From a virus (lineage: Duplodnaviria > Caudoviricetes), in IMG/VR virus record IMGVR_UViG_3300022217_000049, positions 1 through 25,641 of that record: a stretch of 25,641 nucleotides of DNA, one strand, 5' to 3'. The notes under the pieces are model-generated. The model did no database searches. It was given only the letters and a program-made list of their open reading frames with translations, and was not told the DNA's origin. Every line of letters starts with the position of its first letter. The first letter of the stretch is position 1. Positions 24,695 to 25,641 of the stretch are shown here, in pieces. Made by a program: the position numbers and the translations under genes.

Positions 24695-25640
24695 TTGCTT
24701 CCTCCTTGCCAAAAGACAAAGGACAGTCAAGACACCCAACCTCACCACACCCTCTGCAAAACTTGCCAATTATCTTGCGAAGCCTCAACAGCTCAGCCTT
24801 GGCTGATTCCCGTTCAATGCATGCTTGGTGGCGTTCGTCCCTGAGGTTGCCTACCTTGACAAGTAGCTGAGATATGCGCTCCCGGCTCCTTTTGTCACCC
24901 TCCTGAAGCTCTACAGAGGCCTTCACCGCTGCCTTGCTCTCCTTCTGCAACAGCAGGTGATGCCGGTCAAGGTCCTTCTGCAGGCTGTCTATCTCAGCCT
25001 GCTGAGCTGCAACCTCGGTCTGCAGGGCCTTTTTCTCAGCCTGCACACCAGCCACCCTACGGTCCAGACGGCTTATCTCTTCTCGCGCTGAACGCCTAAC
25101 AGCCTCTGATGCAGAGAGGTCATTCTGGAGCTTGCCCACCTCAGCCATCAGCTGTGAGATGGACATAGCAAGACCCCCCGCTTCAGTCTCATCACACACT
25201 GGACACACCCAGCTGCCATGACACAGCCAACCATCGGCATCAAGCGAACCAGAGCCTTCCTTAGGAGGGATAGCGCCACACAGCCTGCAGCACTCACCAT
25301 CACCCTCGGCAAAATCGACAGGCGAGTATGGGTGAGGTGTGTTCTGCCAATGCGACAGCTCAGCCTGCCAAGCCTCATAGTTCCGACTGGCAACCTCCTT
25401 GTGGAGGCCATAGGCACGCTGCAGCTCATCGTAGTCCTTGTGACGGGTCTCAACGTTGAGCTGCAGGGCCTTGACCCTGTCTTCGAGGTTGCCGTTCTCA
25501 ACCCCGCGTCTTGCCAGGGCGTCTGTCTTCTTCTCCAACTCTGACTGCAGGAACTTCACCCTCTGCTGTTGCTCGGAGAACTCGTCCAGAAACAGCTGGT
25601 GCAACGCAAAGGTGGCAGTCTTCCAGTTGATGGTCTCCAT
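24687..25640 (-). CDS. Coiled-coil protein with central and C-terminal Cys clusters (5' end may lie outside the window)
   Basis: 317 aa; heptad-rich; CCRLCG, WVCPVC and CRGCGEVGCLDC. Confidence 0.8.
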   Translation of the reverse strand: METINWKTATFALHQLFLDEFSEQQQRVKFLQSELEKKTDALARRGVENGNLEDRVKALQLNVETRHKDYDELQRAYGLHKEVASRNYEAWQAELSHWQNTPHPYSPVDFAEGDGECCRLCGAIPPKEGSGSLDADGWLCHGSWVCPVCDETEAGGLAMSISQLMAEVGKLQNDLSASEAVRRSAREEISRLDRRVAGVQAEKKALQTEVAAQQAEIDSLQKDLDRHHLLLQKESKAAVKASVELQEGDKRSRERISQLLVKVGNLRDERHQACIERESAKAELLRLRKIIGKFCRGCGEVGCLDCPLSFGKEEASD

Positions 25641-25641
25641 T

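Noticed and set aside
1-25641. CRISPR array, tRNA, integrase/att site, transposase, intron/intein or diversity-generating retroelement
   Set aside because: No regularly spaced repeats, cloverleafs, recombinase or reverse transcriptase motifs were seen. TerL and portal are of normal length. The 40-bp repeat differences are synonymous and not adenine-specific.
1-25641. Alternative genetic code or stop-codon reassignment
   Set aside because: Core genes are full length in code 11, and TAA, TAG and TGA all serve as stops.

Overview
A 25.6-kb segment of a tailed dsDNA phage or prophage with a contractile tail (myovirus type) and an HK97-type head. Almost all genes are on the minus strand. Reading in the direction of transcription (right to left): small accessory genes; a putative terminase small subunit (21094-21720); a 7.3-kb accessory block (small and membrane ORFs, an MmcB-like nuclease, a ParB-MTase, an HTH-Dam-family MTase fusion, and an inverted four-gene + strand cassette starting with a DUF5131 radical-SAM-like gene); terminase large subunit; a PG-binding putative endolysin; portal; gp7/MuF protein; prohead protease; major capsid protein; head-tail genes; sheath; tube; tail chaperone with a -1 slippery site; and the 5' part of the tape measure gene. 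The most unusual signal is an extended start motif, GGAGGT(C)AAACG(G/A)TG, in front of about 10 mostly accessory genes. Its exact complement sits between a promoter-like element and a strong hairpin in the head operon (8970-9052), which suggests a trans-acting anti-RBS small RNA. Also notable: a ~70-aa insertion in the capsid E-loop, near-absence of GATC, and Cys modules shared among three proteins. All family calls come from recognising motifs by eye; no database searches were run.
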